This document shows, piece by piece, positions 18,677 to 26,949 of a DNA stretch of 64,000 nt; the first letter of the stretch is position 1; each line of letters begins with the position of its first letter. A program made the position numbers and the translations under genes. The notes beneath the pieces were generated by a model. The model did not search any database. It worked only from the letters and a program-made list of their open reading frames with translations, and was not told the origin of the DNA. Location of the stretch: contig JAZQEH010000013.1 in NCBI GenBank assembly GCA_045538895.1, positions 1,496-65,495 on the forward strand. Reading direction: 5' to 3'. The stretch comes from Eubacteriales bacterium. Lineage in GTDB: Bacteria > Bacillota > Clostridia > Oscillospirales > CAG-272.

Positions 18677-20497
18677 ATGCCTCATATTGATGAAAAATTC
18701 AAGGACAACTCCCCTGAACAAACCGTTGAAAATATCAAGAGCATTCTTTCCTCAATAGGGATAGAACTAAGCGAAACGTGGACGGATTCAGGAATAGAGC
18801 ATTGCTACAGCTTGCGAGTTAGTGCCGACAATAACTTTCCGGGCACTTATGGCAAGGGCGTTACACCTGCACTTGCAAGAGCAAGCGCATACGGCGAATT
18901 TATTGAAAGATTGCAGACAGGTTTATTCTTATATAAATATCAATCTCTTGAGTCAATTTCCGGTTTGTCAATACACGAATATGCTCCTGACAAAAAATAC
19001 ATGACAAAAGAAGAGCTTGTTCAAAACGGCGAGTGGATGGATCATGTCATCAACACATACAAGGGCAGACTCACACGTGAAGAGTTAGCTGAACAATGTG
19101 CAATATATGCAGGAAGCGAAAAGGTTTTAACCGTTCCGTTTTATAGCTTGTTTGAAGATAAATACGTGTATCTTCCCGCAGATTTTGTCGAGCACATTTA
19201 CTGTTCAAACGGCTGCTGTACCGGCAATAGCAGAGATGAAGCTTGGATACATGCAATGTCAGAGCTGTTGGAACGTCATGCCAACATTCAAATGATAACA
19301 AGCGGAGATGCCGCTCCGGCTATTCCAGACGAAGTTATACAAAAATTCGACAGCGTTTATCATGTTATCACCCGCCTCCGTGAACTTAACTACGACGTTA
19401 CGGTTCTTGACTTTTCCGGTGAAGTCGATTTTCCTATCGTAGCCACACGCATAATCAATAAAAAGGACGGTAGCTACAGAGTAAACGTTGGTGCTGACCC
19501 AATACTCGAAATTGCAATAAAAAGAACTCTTACCGAAATATTCCAGAGCCGCAACATTGAAAGTTTTGCCCAAACTTTAAACTATGGAATGCTGAAAAAA
19601 GCAACAGATGTTAATAAAAAACATAACGTTTTAAACCAGCTTGAAACAAGCAAGGGCAAATTTACCGTTGATTTCTTCAGCGAAGAACTAAAAGCACCAC
19701 GCAAATATAAACCATTTACCGACCATAGCAAAAAAACCAATAAAGAACTGTTGCCCATAGTTTTAAAAATATTTAAAGACATGGGCCGACCTATATACAT
19801 CCGCAACTATTCATTCCTCGGCTTCCAGAGTTATATGTTTGTTGTCCCCGGATTTTCGGAATCTCGCGGCTTAAGACTTAACGAATTCCTTCAGGAATAC
19901 TATTTTGCCGATCATGCAAGCAAAGTATTAAGATACGTAGAAAAAGCAGGCGGTGAGGATTTTGAAGAAGCATTATTGTTCAGACAGATTATTAACGGTG
20001 CTTATTCAAGACAGAACAACTTCGTTTATTTGTCCGGAATTCCGTTTAACGGAGGGGAAGATTCTTTCTATCTTACATATATACACTACGCATATATTTC
20101 TTACAAATTGAACAAAAAAGAAGAATTGCTCCACTTCCTGTCCAAAGCGGCAAAAAAATGCCAGAATCAAAATGCCGATTATGTAAAATGTCTTTCTTCA
20201 TATTTTGAATTCAAAAACCAAGGTATGTCAGATGAACAAATCCTGTGCATATTGAAAAAAACGTCCCCAAACGAAGCGTATGACCGACTTGTAGCCGCCA
20301 TAGAGAATGATTCATTTTTCGACGGTCTGCTCATGCGTTGCAACTTAAAGCACGATGAGGAATGTGAACGGTGCATGTACAAAGACAAATGCCGTCTTTC
20401 CTCCGCTGAAGCTATTATTCAAAAAGCAGGCAAAGTTTACAGCAAATTTACAAACGGTCAGGCAAGAGAAGTTTTCAAACTCGATTTTAAAATTTAA
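18677..20497 (+). CDS. ycaO: YcaO-domain protein, E. coli-type stand-alone architecture
   Basis: N-terminus parallels E. coli YcaO (GKGVTPALARASAYGEFIERL). 606 aa with a helical C-terminal region. No partner or precursor gene nearby. Confidence 0.8.
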   Translation: MPHIDEKFKDNSPEQTVENIKSILSSIGIELSETWTDSGIEHCYSLRVSADNNFPGTYGKGVTPALARASAYGEFIERLQTGLFLYKYQSLESISGLSIHEYAPDKKYMTKEELVQNGEWMDHVINTYKGRLTREELAEQCAIYAGSEKVLTVPFYSLFEDKYVYLPADFVEHIYCSNGCCTGNSRDEAWIHAMSELLERHANIQMITSGDAAPAIPDEVIQKFDSVYHVITRLRELNYDVTVLDFSGEVDFPIVATRIINKKDGSYRVNVGADPILEIAIKRTLTEIFQSRNIESFAQTLNYGMLKKATDVNKKHNVLNQLETSKGKFTVDFFSEELKAPRKYKPFTDHSKKTNKELLPIVLKIFKDMGRPIYIRNYSFLGFQSYMFVVPGFSESRGLRLNEFLQEYYFADHASKVLRYVEKAGGEDFEEALLFRQIINGAYSRQNNFVYLSGIPFNGGEDSFYLTYIHYAYISYKLNKKEELLHFLSKAAKKCQNQNADYVKCLSSYFEFKNQGMSDEQILCILKKTSPNEAYDRLVAAIENDSFFDGLLMRCNLKHDEECERCMYKDKCRLSSAEAIIQKAGKVYSKFTNGQAREVFKLDFKI

Positions 20498-20505
20498 TAA
20501 GTAGC

Positions 20506-20539
20506 AAAGAGCCGCCCGATTTTCGGGCGGCTCTTTTTT
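20506..20539 (+). terminator. Intrinsic terminator after ycaO
   Basis: AGAGCCGCCCG-ATTTT-CGGGCGGCTCT followed by TTTTT. Confidence 0.8.
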
Positions 20540-20545
20540 CTTATT

Positions 20546-20660
20546 CAGTCGAAAACAAGCTTTTCGACTGGTCAGGGGTGGCAAGTCTCGCGACTCCGCT
20601 CTACCGCTCCGCCACCCTTTAAGGTGTTTTAAAGTCGGCGCATGTCCGCCTTTAAAACAT
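20546..20660 (+). repeat. H module: three consecutive hairpins, structural homologue of 24607-24716
   Basis: CAGTCGAAAA-CAAGC-TTTTCGACTG; GGGTGGC-27 nt-GCCACCC; TGTTTTAAAG.CGG...CCG.CTTTAAAACA. Confidence 0.65.
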
Positions 20661-20806
20661 TTCCCTATCCGCAAAGAGACGCCCCGAAATCGGGCGGCTC
20701 TTTGCTCAAATCTTATAAGGGTAAGGATTTCTCCTCATTTTTAATATATCATGTATTAATTTCAAAATCAATGCCAATACCGATACAGTTTTATCAAAAG
20801 CGATAC

Positions 20807-20838
20807 AAAAACGGTTCGCCCGAAAGCGAACCGTTTTT
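20807..20838 (-). terminator. Intrinsic terminator after the SLH protein gene
   Basis: AAAAACGGTTCGC-loop-GCGAACCGTTTTT. Confidence 0.75.
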
Positions 20839-20845
20839 ATTGTTT

Positions 20846-22531
20846 TTATTTCCAGGTCTTGTTGGGAAGGATTGCAGTCCATACCTCATTATAACCGTCT
20901 ACCTGACGAGTAAAGTCATGAGAGTTGGTTGCTTCAAGAACGATGTAGTAATACCATTCAGTACCGTCCATATCAATCCACTTGCGAGTATCAGCGTGGA
21001 GACCTGTTTCGTTTACATGACGCATAAGAACGTTGTTAACGAGAGTCATAGCCTCAGCACGGGTGATGTAGCTATCGGGCTTGAATGTGCCGTCCGGATA
21101 ACCGGTTACCCATGTTGCAACTGCTGCCTTGAGAATATAGGTCTCTGCCCAGTGACCTGCAATGTCGCTGAACGATACGCCGGCAGTATCCATAAGGCTT
21201 GCGAAACGTACCGCCATTGTAGCGAACTCTGCACGGGTGATAGGAGCTTCAGGGTCAAACGTACCGTCAGGACGGCCAACTACGAATCCTCCGTTTGCCA
21301 TAGTGGAAATAGCACTGTTAGACCATCTTTCGGGAGCGATATCACTGAAGTTGTTTTCAAGAGTAAAGAATCCGTCACGGATATCATCACGAAGCAAACG
21401 GTAGAAAATCATGGTTGCTTCTTCACGGGTGATATTGCGGAGAGGACGAACGGTTTCATCGGGATAACCGATAATGTATGCGAAGTGGTCATCGGTAAGA
21501 AGTGTGTCGCTTACCCAGTGACCGTAAAGAGTGATGTCGCTGTAAACATTAAGGCTATCCTTAACAGGCTTGGTAAGAGCACTGTCATAGAACCAGCCCT
21601 GGAGAGTGTAACCGGGCTTTGTGGGCTTGGGAAGCGAACTTTCCTTTACGTTACCTCTTGCATACATCGGGTCAACCTCATCGGTGTTACCGTCAATATT
21701 AAAGGTAATCTTGTATTCTTCAGGCTCACTCTGGCTGCCGCCGGGAACATACTTACGAAGTGTGGTTCTGAACACATCAGTGTCAAAGAATACACGGTCA
21801 GAAGCGGGGTCATAAGTCTTACCCATCTGGAATGCGGTGTAACCGTGCATTTCACCATTAATGGTAAGCGCTGTAGTGAAAGCGTTAGGAACAACACCGT
21901 CTACGGAATAGTTGAGGTTGTTAAGGTAAGTACCGTTCATAACACCGTCGTAAAGTGCCTGCTCCATAATGCCGGGAGTACCGTCATTATCAGCGTCCTT
22001 AATAGCGATGGTGATTGTAACGGTGGTAATGCCGTCCGCAGTTGCAACAGTTCTTGAGGTTTCCTCAAAGAGGTCGTCAACCTCAGGATTAAAGCCTACC
22101 AAATCTCCGGTTACGAGATGTTCCGCAGGAACGGTAAGCTGTTCGGGATATCTGATAGTAACAACGAACTCACCGGTAACAGGCCACTCGTTAAAGTGCT
22201 GCATGAGGTTATTCTTTATTGTAACATTGTCGCCAGCAAGCGTTTCAATAAGGCTGAGACCGTATTCATACCACTCAATAATTGCTCTCTTGATAGGAGA
22301 GGTGTTAAGCACTGCATAGAAATCAACAGGCTGTGTCATCTCATCGGTCTTGAGAGTGAGAGTCTGCTTCCAGTCGTCAGTGCCGCCCTTGCACAAATAC
22401 ATGCCGGTCTGAAGATTTTCAGATTCAACAAGTCCGTTAACCTTTACGGTTGAAGGGGGAACCGCAACGGCCGTTACTGCAAATGCACATACCATAAGCA
22501 CAAGCAGTAATGTGAAAATTTTCGTTTTCAT
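20846..22531 (-). CDS. Secreted cell-wall protein: unknown N-terminal domain, Listeria/Bacteroides-type B-repeat, three SLH domains
   Basis: Signal peptide MKTKIFTLLLVLMVCAFAVTAVA; repeat YKITFNIDGN...GYTLQGWFYD; SLH motifs (FSDIAGHWAETYI...GYPDGTFKPDSYITRAEA). Confidence 0.85.
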   Translation of the reverse strand: MKTKIFTLLLVLMVCAFAVTAVAVPPSTVKVNGLVESENLQTGMYLCKGGTDDWKQTLTLKTDEMTQPVDFYAVLNTSPIKRAIIEWYEYGLSLIETLAGDNVTIKNNLMQHFNEWPVTGEFVVTIRYPEQLTVPAEHLVTGDLVGFNPEVDDLFEETSRTVATADGITTVTITIAIKDADNDGTPGIMEQALYDGVMNGTYLNNLNYSVDGVVPNAFTTALTINGEMHGYTAFQMGKTYDPASDRVFFDTDVFRTTLRKYVPGGSQSEPEEYKITFNIDGNTDEVDPMYARGNVKESSLPKPTKPGYTLQGWFYDSALTKPVKDSLNVYSDITLYGHWVSDTLLTDDHFAYIIGYPDETVRPLRNITREEATMIFYRLLRDDIRDGFFTLENNFSDIAPERWSNSAISTMANGGFVVGRPDGTFDPEAPITRAEFATMAVRFASLMDTAGVSFSDIAGHWAETYILKAAVATWVTGYPDGTFKPDSYITRAEAMTLVNNVLMRHVNETGLHADTRKWIDMDGTEWYYYIVLEATNSHDFTRQVDGYNEVWTAILPNKTWK

Positions 22532-22565
22532 AGTTTTTTCCTCACAAAAATTTATTTAATCTTTT

Positions 22566-23456
22566 TTAATTCAATTTGGAAGTGTACTGATTGGTAAGCT
22601 CAGCGAGTTTCAAATCCTTTTGTTCCTTGTAAACACGCTTGATCTCATCAATGATTACTGTACTTTCGTTAAGTGTTTCAAGTATCTCACGGAGTTCGGC
22701 AAGAAGTGCATCCATAGAAGCATCACACTTTGCTTCAAGTGCCTTGCCCTGCGGAGTAAGATAACTTGTAATAAGTTGCATTTTTCCCTGAAGATTGTGT
22801 TTCTCTTTGGGCAAATCAATGTATTTCTGTTTTGCCATAGCAATAACATTATCGATTTCGTTAAGATATGTAGCACGAAGCAGATATATTTCTGCGATTA
22901 TCTCCTCGATACGTGCACGAAGCTCATCCGCATTTTCGGGCGGCTTCTTCTCTGTCTGAACGGTTGTAACAGTAGTCTCGGCCGTAGTCACCGTAGTATC
23001 ATCGGTTGTTGCAATCACCTCTGTAACATCCGGCTTTTCTGCAGTTGTCACGGTTTCCTCAATCGGCTCGGTAAGCTCGCTTGTCACAACAATTTCATCT
23101 GGCTCTTCAGTAACTACCGATGCAGCAGTAGTTTCAACAGGATATCCCATTATGAGTGCAAGGGCCTGCTCAGGAGTAAGTTCTCCGCTTGCAAGCAATT
23201 TTCTCTCCTCGTCTGTGAGGTCACGCATTGTCACCGAAACGAGTTCGCCAAGCAATTCATTTGTTTTTTTATCGTTTTCCGCCTGCATGGAGTGAATTTC
23301 ATCCTCCGAGTAAGAAATGCCGACAGAAACTATCTGTATATATCTCCAAAAAACGAATGCCGCTATTCCAACAAGCAGAATCAAGGCTGCAAGCACAACC
23401 AGCAAGACGTTTCGGGCAGTATGCTTTTTCTTTATCTCAATAGATTCCGAATTCAA
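22566..23456 (-). CDS. Membrane-anchored protein of unknown function (one TM, Thr/Glu-rich linker, coiled-coil C-terminus)
   Basis: TTG start behind GAGGAGGA. TM is VLLVVLAALILLVGIAAFVFW. I cannot recall a matching family. Confidence 0.6.
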   Translation of the reverse strand: MNSESIEIKKKHTARNVLLVVLAALILLVGIAAFVFWRYIQIVSVGISYSEDEIHSMQAENDKKTNELLGELVSVTMRDLTDEERKLLASGELTPEQALALIMGYPVETTAASVVTEEPDEIVVTSELTEPIEETVTTAEKPDVTEVIATTDDTTVTTAETTVTTVQTEKKPPENADELRARIEEIIAEIYLLRATYLNEIDNVIAMAKQKYIDLPKEKHNLQGKMQLITSYLTPQGKALEAKCDASMDALLAELREILETLNESTVIIDEIKRVYKEQKDLKLAELTNQYTSKLN

Positions 23457-23513
23457 CCTTTATCCTCCTCACCATCCAGAATATATACTGATGGCATATT
23501 AATAGACATATAC

Positions 23514-23542
23514 ATTATATTCGTTTCTTTTCAAAAAGTCAA
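23514..23542 (-). promoter_or_regulatory. Sigma-A-type promoter candidate for the 23456<-20846 two-gene unit
   Basis: Minus strand reads TTGACT, 17 nt, TATAAT. Confidence 0.5.
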
Positions 23543-23563
23543 CAATTTTTATATAATATTTAA

Positions 23564-23593
23564 CAGAAAAGGGCGCAGAAAATCTCTGCACCC
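23564..23593 (-). terminator. Intrinsic terminator after AraC regulator 1
   Basis: Minus-strand hairpin GGGTGCAGA-loop-TCTGCGCCC (one G.U pair) followed by a U-run. Confidence 0.6.
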
Positions 23594-23596
23594 TTG

Positions 23597-24472
23597 CTAA
23601 CCGTTCTTTTTCTTACGGTGTCGGTATTCGTCGGGAGAAATGCCGTTTTTTTTCTTGAAGGAAGATGAAAAATGCTGGGAGCTTGAAAAGTTCAGCACAT
23701 CAGCAATTTCAGCAATGCTATACATATTTTCCTCAAGCATAGAACATGCCGCCTGCATTTTGCGCTGGAGAATATACTGCTTTGGAGTATATCCGTATTT
23801 CTCGCTGAAAATGCTGATAATGTACGATTTGTTAAGATAAAAGTGCTGTGCAATATCATCAAGAGTGATGTTGTATGACAAACCCGAATCTATGTAGTCC
23901 TTTATGCGTTCTGCGGTGCTGACGGTAGCACGTTGTACCTTGCGATGCTCGGTTGCCGCAGTGATTATCATTTCGCACATGACCTTTGCACACTCGGTCA
24001 TAATATCGTCGGAATTGTCAACGTATGCCCTTGAAAGCAGTTCACGAAGTCTTTCAAAATAACCGTGTGTCTTTGAATTCGAAATAACAATGGCACCGTC
24101 AGTTAGACCGTAAGCATTTACAACACCGTCAAGGAGTCTGCCACCTGCATTTATCCAGATCTTCCCGTACGGATCCTCCTTGTCCGAATAATAGAGGTGC
24201 GAGTGAAGTCTGTTCAAAAAATAAAAGTCGCCTTCTCTGACAGTGTAATGCTTGCCGTCGCACTCTATATGCCCTTTTCCAGAAAGCACATATTCAAAAA
24301 CATATATACTTTTTGTATCGTTTTTAACTCTTGTCCGCTCTACGAGATAATCGGCGCAGGGGAAGCTTTCACCCATGCTTTCAACAAAGAAAATACTGTT
24401 TTTGCCATAATCTGCACCCGCACGGTATGTAAAGTTAACAATGCCATGTACTATTCTTGACAAAACAATCAC
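23597..24472 (-). CDS. AraC-family transcriptional regulator (cupin plus HTH)
   Basis: C-terminal AraC HTH (LDDIAQHFYLNKSYIISIFSEKYGYTPKQY...). N-terminal cupin-like domain. Confidence 0.85.
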   Translation of the reverse strand: MIVLSRIVHGIVNFTYRAGADYGKNSIFFVESMGESFPCADYLVERTRVKNDTKSIYVFEYVLSGKGHIECDGKHYTVREGDFYFLNRLHSHLYYSDKEDPYGKIWINAGGRLLDGVVNAYGLTDGAIVISNSKTHGYFERLRELLSRAYVDNSDDIMTECAKVMCEMIITAATEHRKVQRATVSTAERIKDYIDSGLSYNITLDDIAQHFYLNKSYIISIFSEKYGYTPKQYILQRKMQAACSMLEENMYSIAEIADVLNFSSSQHFSSSFKKKNGISPDEYRHRKKKNG

Positions 24473-24588
24473 CTACACTTTTTGTACATTAATTCCATTA
24501 TAAAGCCTAAGCATATGATTTGTCAATAGAAAAATTTATCCCTCCGCCAACCGAAGCAAAATTTATAAAATGTGTAGATGTTAATGCA

Positions 24589-24814
24589 GTAAATTAAAGT
24601 TTTCCTCACTTGAAAATGCAAGCATTTTCAAGTGGTTGCAAAACCGTTCACTCGCGTCTCGCTCACCGCTCGCGGTTTTCAAGGAGTAAAAAAGCCGGGG
24701 AACCCGTCTTTTTTACAGATTTTTAGGCTTCCCCCTTGGGGGAAGCTGTCAGCGGAGCTGACTGATGAGGGGTAGCCGCATAGCGGCGTTTCATCCCATA
24801 AACAATAATTTATC
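24589..24814 (+). repeat. Composite MITE-like element: H module (24607-24716) plus core G (24728-24772) plus right TIR
   Basis: Right end is TCCCATAAACAATAATTTATC. The left end GTAAATTAAAGTTTTCC is weaker. Confidence 0.7.
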
Positions 24815-24827
24815 TACCGTTAAACTC

Positions 24828-24857
24828 GAAAAAATCCACCCGTTTTCGGGTGGATTT
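24828..24857 (-). terminator. Intrinsic terminator after the 662-aa gene
   Basis: AAATCCACCCG-TTTT-CGGGTGGATTT with a U-run on the minus strand. Confidence 0.75.
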
Positions 24858-24861
24858 GTTT

Positions 24862-26850
24862 TTATCTCTTGATCTTGCCTTCGATTTCGTTTAGTCCTTC
24901 ATCGAAGAACGACCAATCGTCATGGAAACGGAGGTTTTCAAGACGGAATGCGCACGGCCATGCAGGCAACCACTGTGAGGGGCTGAACGGAGGTACGCCG
25001 TAACGTCCCCAACGGGTATGGAACACCGCCTCGTCCTGCGAGCCTGCAGGACGGATGCGTCCGTTTATGTACATTGTACCGTCGGAAATGCACTGACACG
25101 CATTGCACCAGAACGCAACTGCTCTTTCTCTCCACTGCTTGAAGCCGGTAATTTCATAGAGTTTAAGGAACGAAAGCACGTCACGGAGAGCATACTGGTC
25201 CATAGCCTGATGAGGTGTGGAAACGCTGGTGGAGCCAAACGTATCGTAGCCCATCTTTGAGATAAGGCAATCAGCAGGATATTCAACGGTATAATACATC
25301 ATCCATGTGCAAAGGTACCATGCAATCTTCTCTGCTCTTTCGACATACTTCTTGTCGCCGGTAATTTCATAGAGTGCGAGTGCATCACGGAGAAGCGGCG
25401 AGGAGGATTCCTTGTCAATACTGTATGTATCAAGTGCACCGGCGGTAGTAAATCCGTCACGCTCAAGTCCCTGATAGTAGAAATCAAACGCCTTTACCGC
25501 ACTGTCGAGGTACTTCTTGTCGCCGCTCTTCTTGTATGCGGTGAGAATCGGGAGAATGAGGAAGCAACCTATTGTACCCTTCTTGGCACGAAGCTCACCG
25601 GCATCATCCCATGACTTTGCAAACGAGCCTTCTTCATCCTGGCGCGCAATCGCAAAATCGCAGATGCTATAAGCAGTCTTAAGATATTCAGGCTTGTCAA
25701 TTCCAGCTTTCTTACAGAGGTCATACGCTTCAAAGAATCCGTCTGCACCTGTACCGAGGTTGCAGGCATCGTTCTGGAAAAGAATCTGTCCGTCAGCGGC
25801 ACGGCGGAACTTTTTACCCATAAAGTTCTTGTAGGTTTCATACATACATTCGCCAAGCGTATAGCGGTCAAGGTCCTCGTCTTTGAGAGCCTCAAAGTCC
25901 ACGTATCTCCACGGGTCATAGTCGATCTTTACGCTGATATGACCTGCATCACGGTGACCGAACTTTATCCATGCATCGTGTGCGTCAATACCAATATCAA
26001 GCTTTTCCTTATCGCCCGTCTTAAGATAGTCCCAGATATACGCATTAGCCATCGAAGCACTCTGACCTACCCAGCCAAGCTCATAGCGATGCTCGTTCTT
26101 CTTATAGGAATACGTGCCGGGATACCACTGTGCACCGGAGGTAAAGCCGCTGAAACCGTTTGCTTCTTTCTGATAGAGGTAACGGCAATATGCAATAGAA
26201 AGACGGTACAGCTCTTCTGCAGTCATCGGAGCCTTGATTGCGTGACCGTAGTAACGCCATGCAAAATCAAGCAAACTGCTGTAACGGTGCTTTGAACCGT
26301 TTTCACAAGGCACGGCAAGAATTATCGCCTCAAAGTCACATTTCGGCTCCATAGTACCCTGAAAAGGCTCGCCCCAGAAATGGCGCTGAAGCGTTCTTGG
26401 CTTTTCCTCTTCGGGGAAAATTACCACGTGAAGCTCACCCTCGTCAACCTTGTAAAGTGAGCAAGCGTTGTTGTCATTTTCCTTTGCCATAAGGGCAAGC
26501 GAAATCTCTGCATTTTCACTGTATGTACAAGAGGGGATAGTACCTCTGTGCGATGCCCATGACCAAGGAGTACCGTCTGTATCACGGTCGCCGATATACT
26601 CTGCAAGAGAGCCCCAGCCGTTACCGTTATAGCTTATCGCAGGAACCATTGTAAACGTAGGCTCACCGATAAGCAGCATCTCCATACGCATACGGTCAAC
26701 GGGGACGTCAGTATGACGCATCCACTTGAACGCACCGTTTTCAATAGGCTCAAAAGTGTCAGTGGCACCGTCTATGCCAAGGATTTTTGCATATTCATTG
26801 CCGTCAACCACAACGGCATGACCGTAGTCGGTCTTTTTGATACTAACCAT
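24862..26850 (-). CDS. Uncharacterised cytoplasmic protein, 662 aa; possibly an (alpha/alpha)-toroid carbohydrate-active enzyme
   Basis: Long uninterrupted ORF with no signal peptide. The C-terminal half is helix-repeat-like (LRDALALYEITGDKKYVERAEKIAWYL). The family assignment is a guess. Confidence 0.6.
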   Translation of the reverse strand: MVSIKKTDYGHAVVVDGNEYAKILGIDGATDTFEPIENGAFKWMRHTDVPVDRMRMEMLLIGEPTFTMVPAISYNGNGWGSLAEYIGDRDTDGTPWSWASHRGTIPSCTYSENAEISLALMAKENDNNACSLYKVDEGELHVVIFPEEEKPRTLQRHFWGEPFQGTMEPKCDFEAIILAVPCENGSKHRYSSLLDFAWRYYGHAIKAPMTAEELYRLSIAYCRYLYQKEANGFSGFTSGAQWYPGTYSYKKNEHRYELGWVGQSASMANAYIWDYLKTGDKEKLDIGIDAHDAWIKFGHRDAGHISVKIDYDPWRYVDFEALKDEDLDRYTLGECMYETYKNFMGKKFRRAADGQILFQNDACNLGTGADGFFEAYDLCKKAGIDKPEYLKTAYSICDFAIARQDEEGSFAKSWDDAGELRAKKGTIGCFLILPILTAYKKSGDKKYLDSAVKAFDFYYQGLERDGFTTAGALDTYSIDKESSSPLLRDALALYEITGDKKYVERAEKIAWYLCTWMMYYTVEYPADCLISKMGYDTFGSTSVSTPHQAMDQYALRDVLSFLKLYEITGFKQWRERAVAFWCNACQCISDGTMYINGRIRPAGSQDEAVFHTRWGRYGVPPFSPSQWLPAWPCAFRLENLRFHDDWSFFDEGLNEIEGKIKR

Positions 26851-26949
26851 TTTTATCCTCCGGAAAACTTATTTCATATTAATTATAGCAAACTTTTCCT
26901 CAAACTCAATGCTTTTCAGATTTAGGTTTATTTTAGGCAACAAACAGCA

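Noticed and set aside
20642-23600. Long plus-strand ORFs (471 aa at 20642-22057 and 326 aa at 22620-23600) opposite the SLH and membrane-protein genes.
   Set aside because: These are antisense shadow ORFs. They are Cys-rich and low in complexity, start inside non-coding repeats, and the minus-strand genes have a signal peptide, SLH motifs, an SD and a promoter.
24761-24768. CTGATGAG inside the core-G copy, which resembles the hammerhead ribozyme core.
   Set aside because: No closed stem II followed by GAAA comes after it. The two other core-G copies have TGAGGGAGG and TGGGGGA at this position, so the hammerhead core is not conserved.
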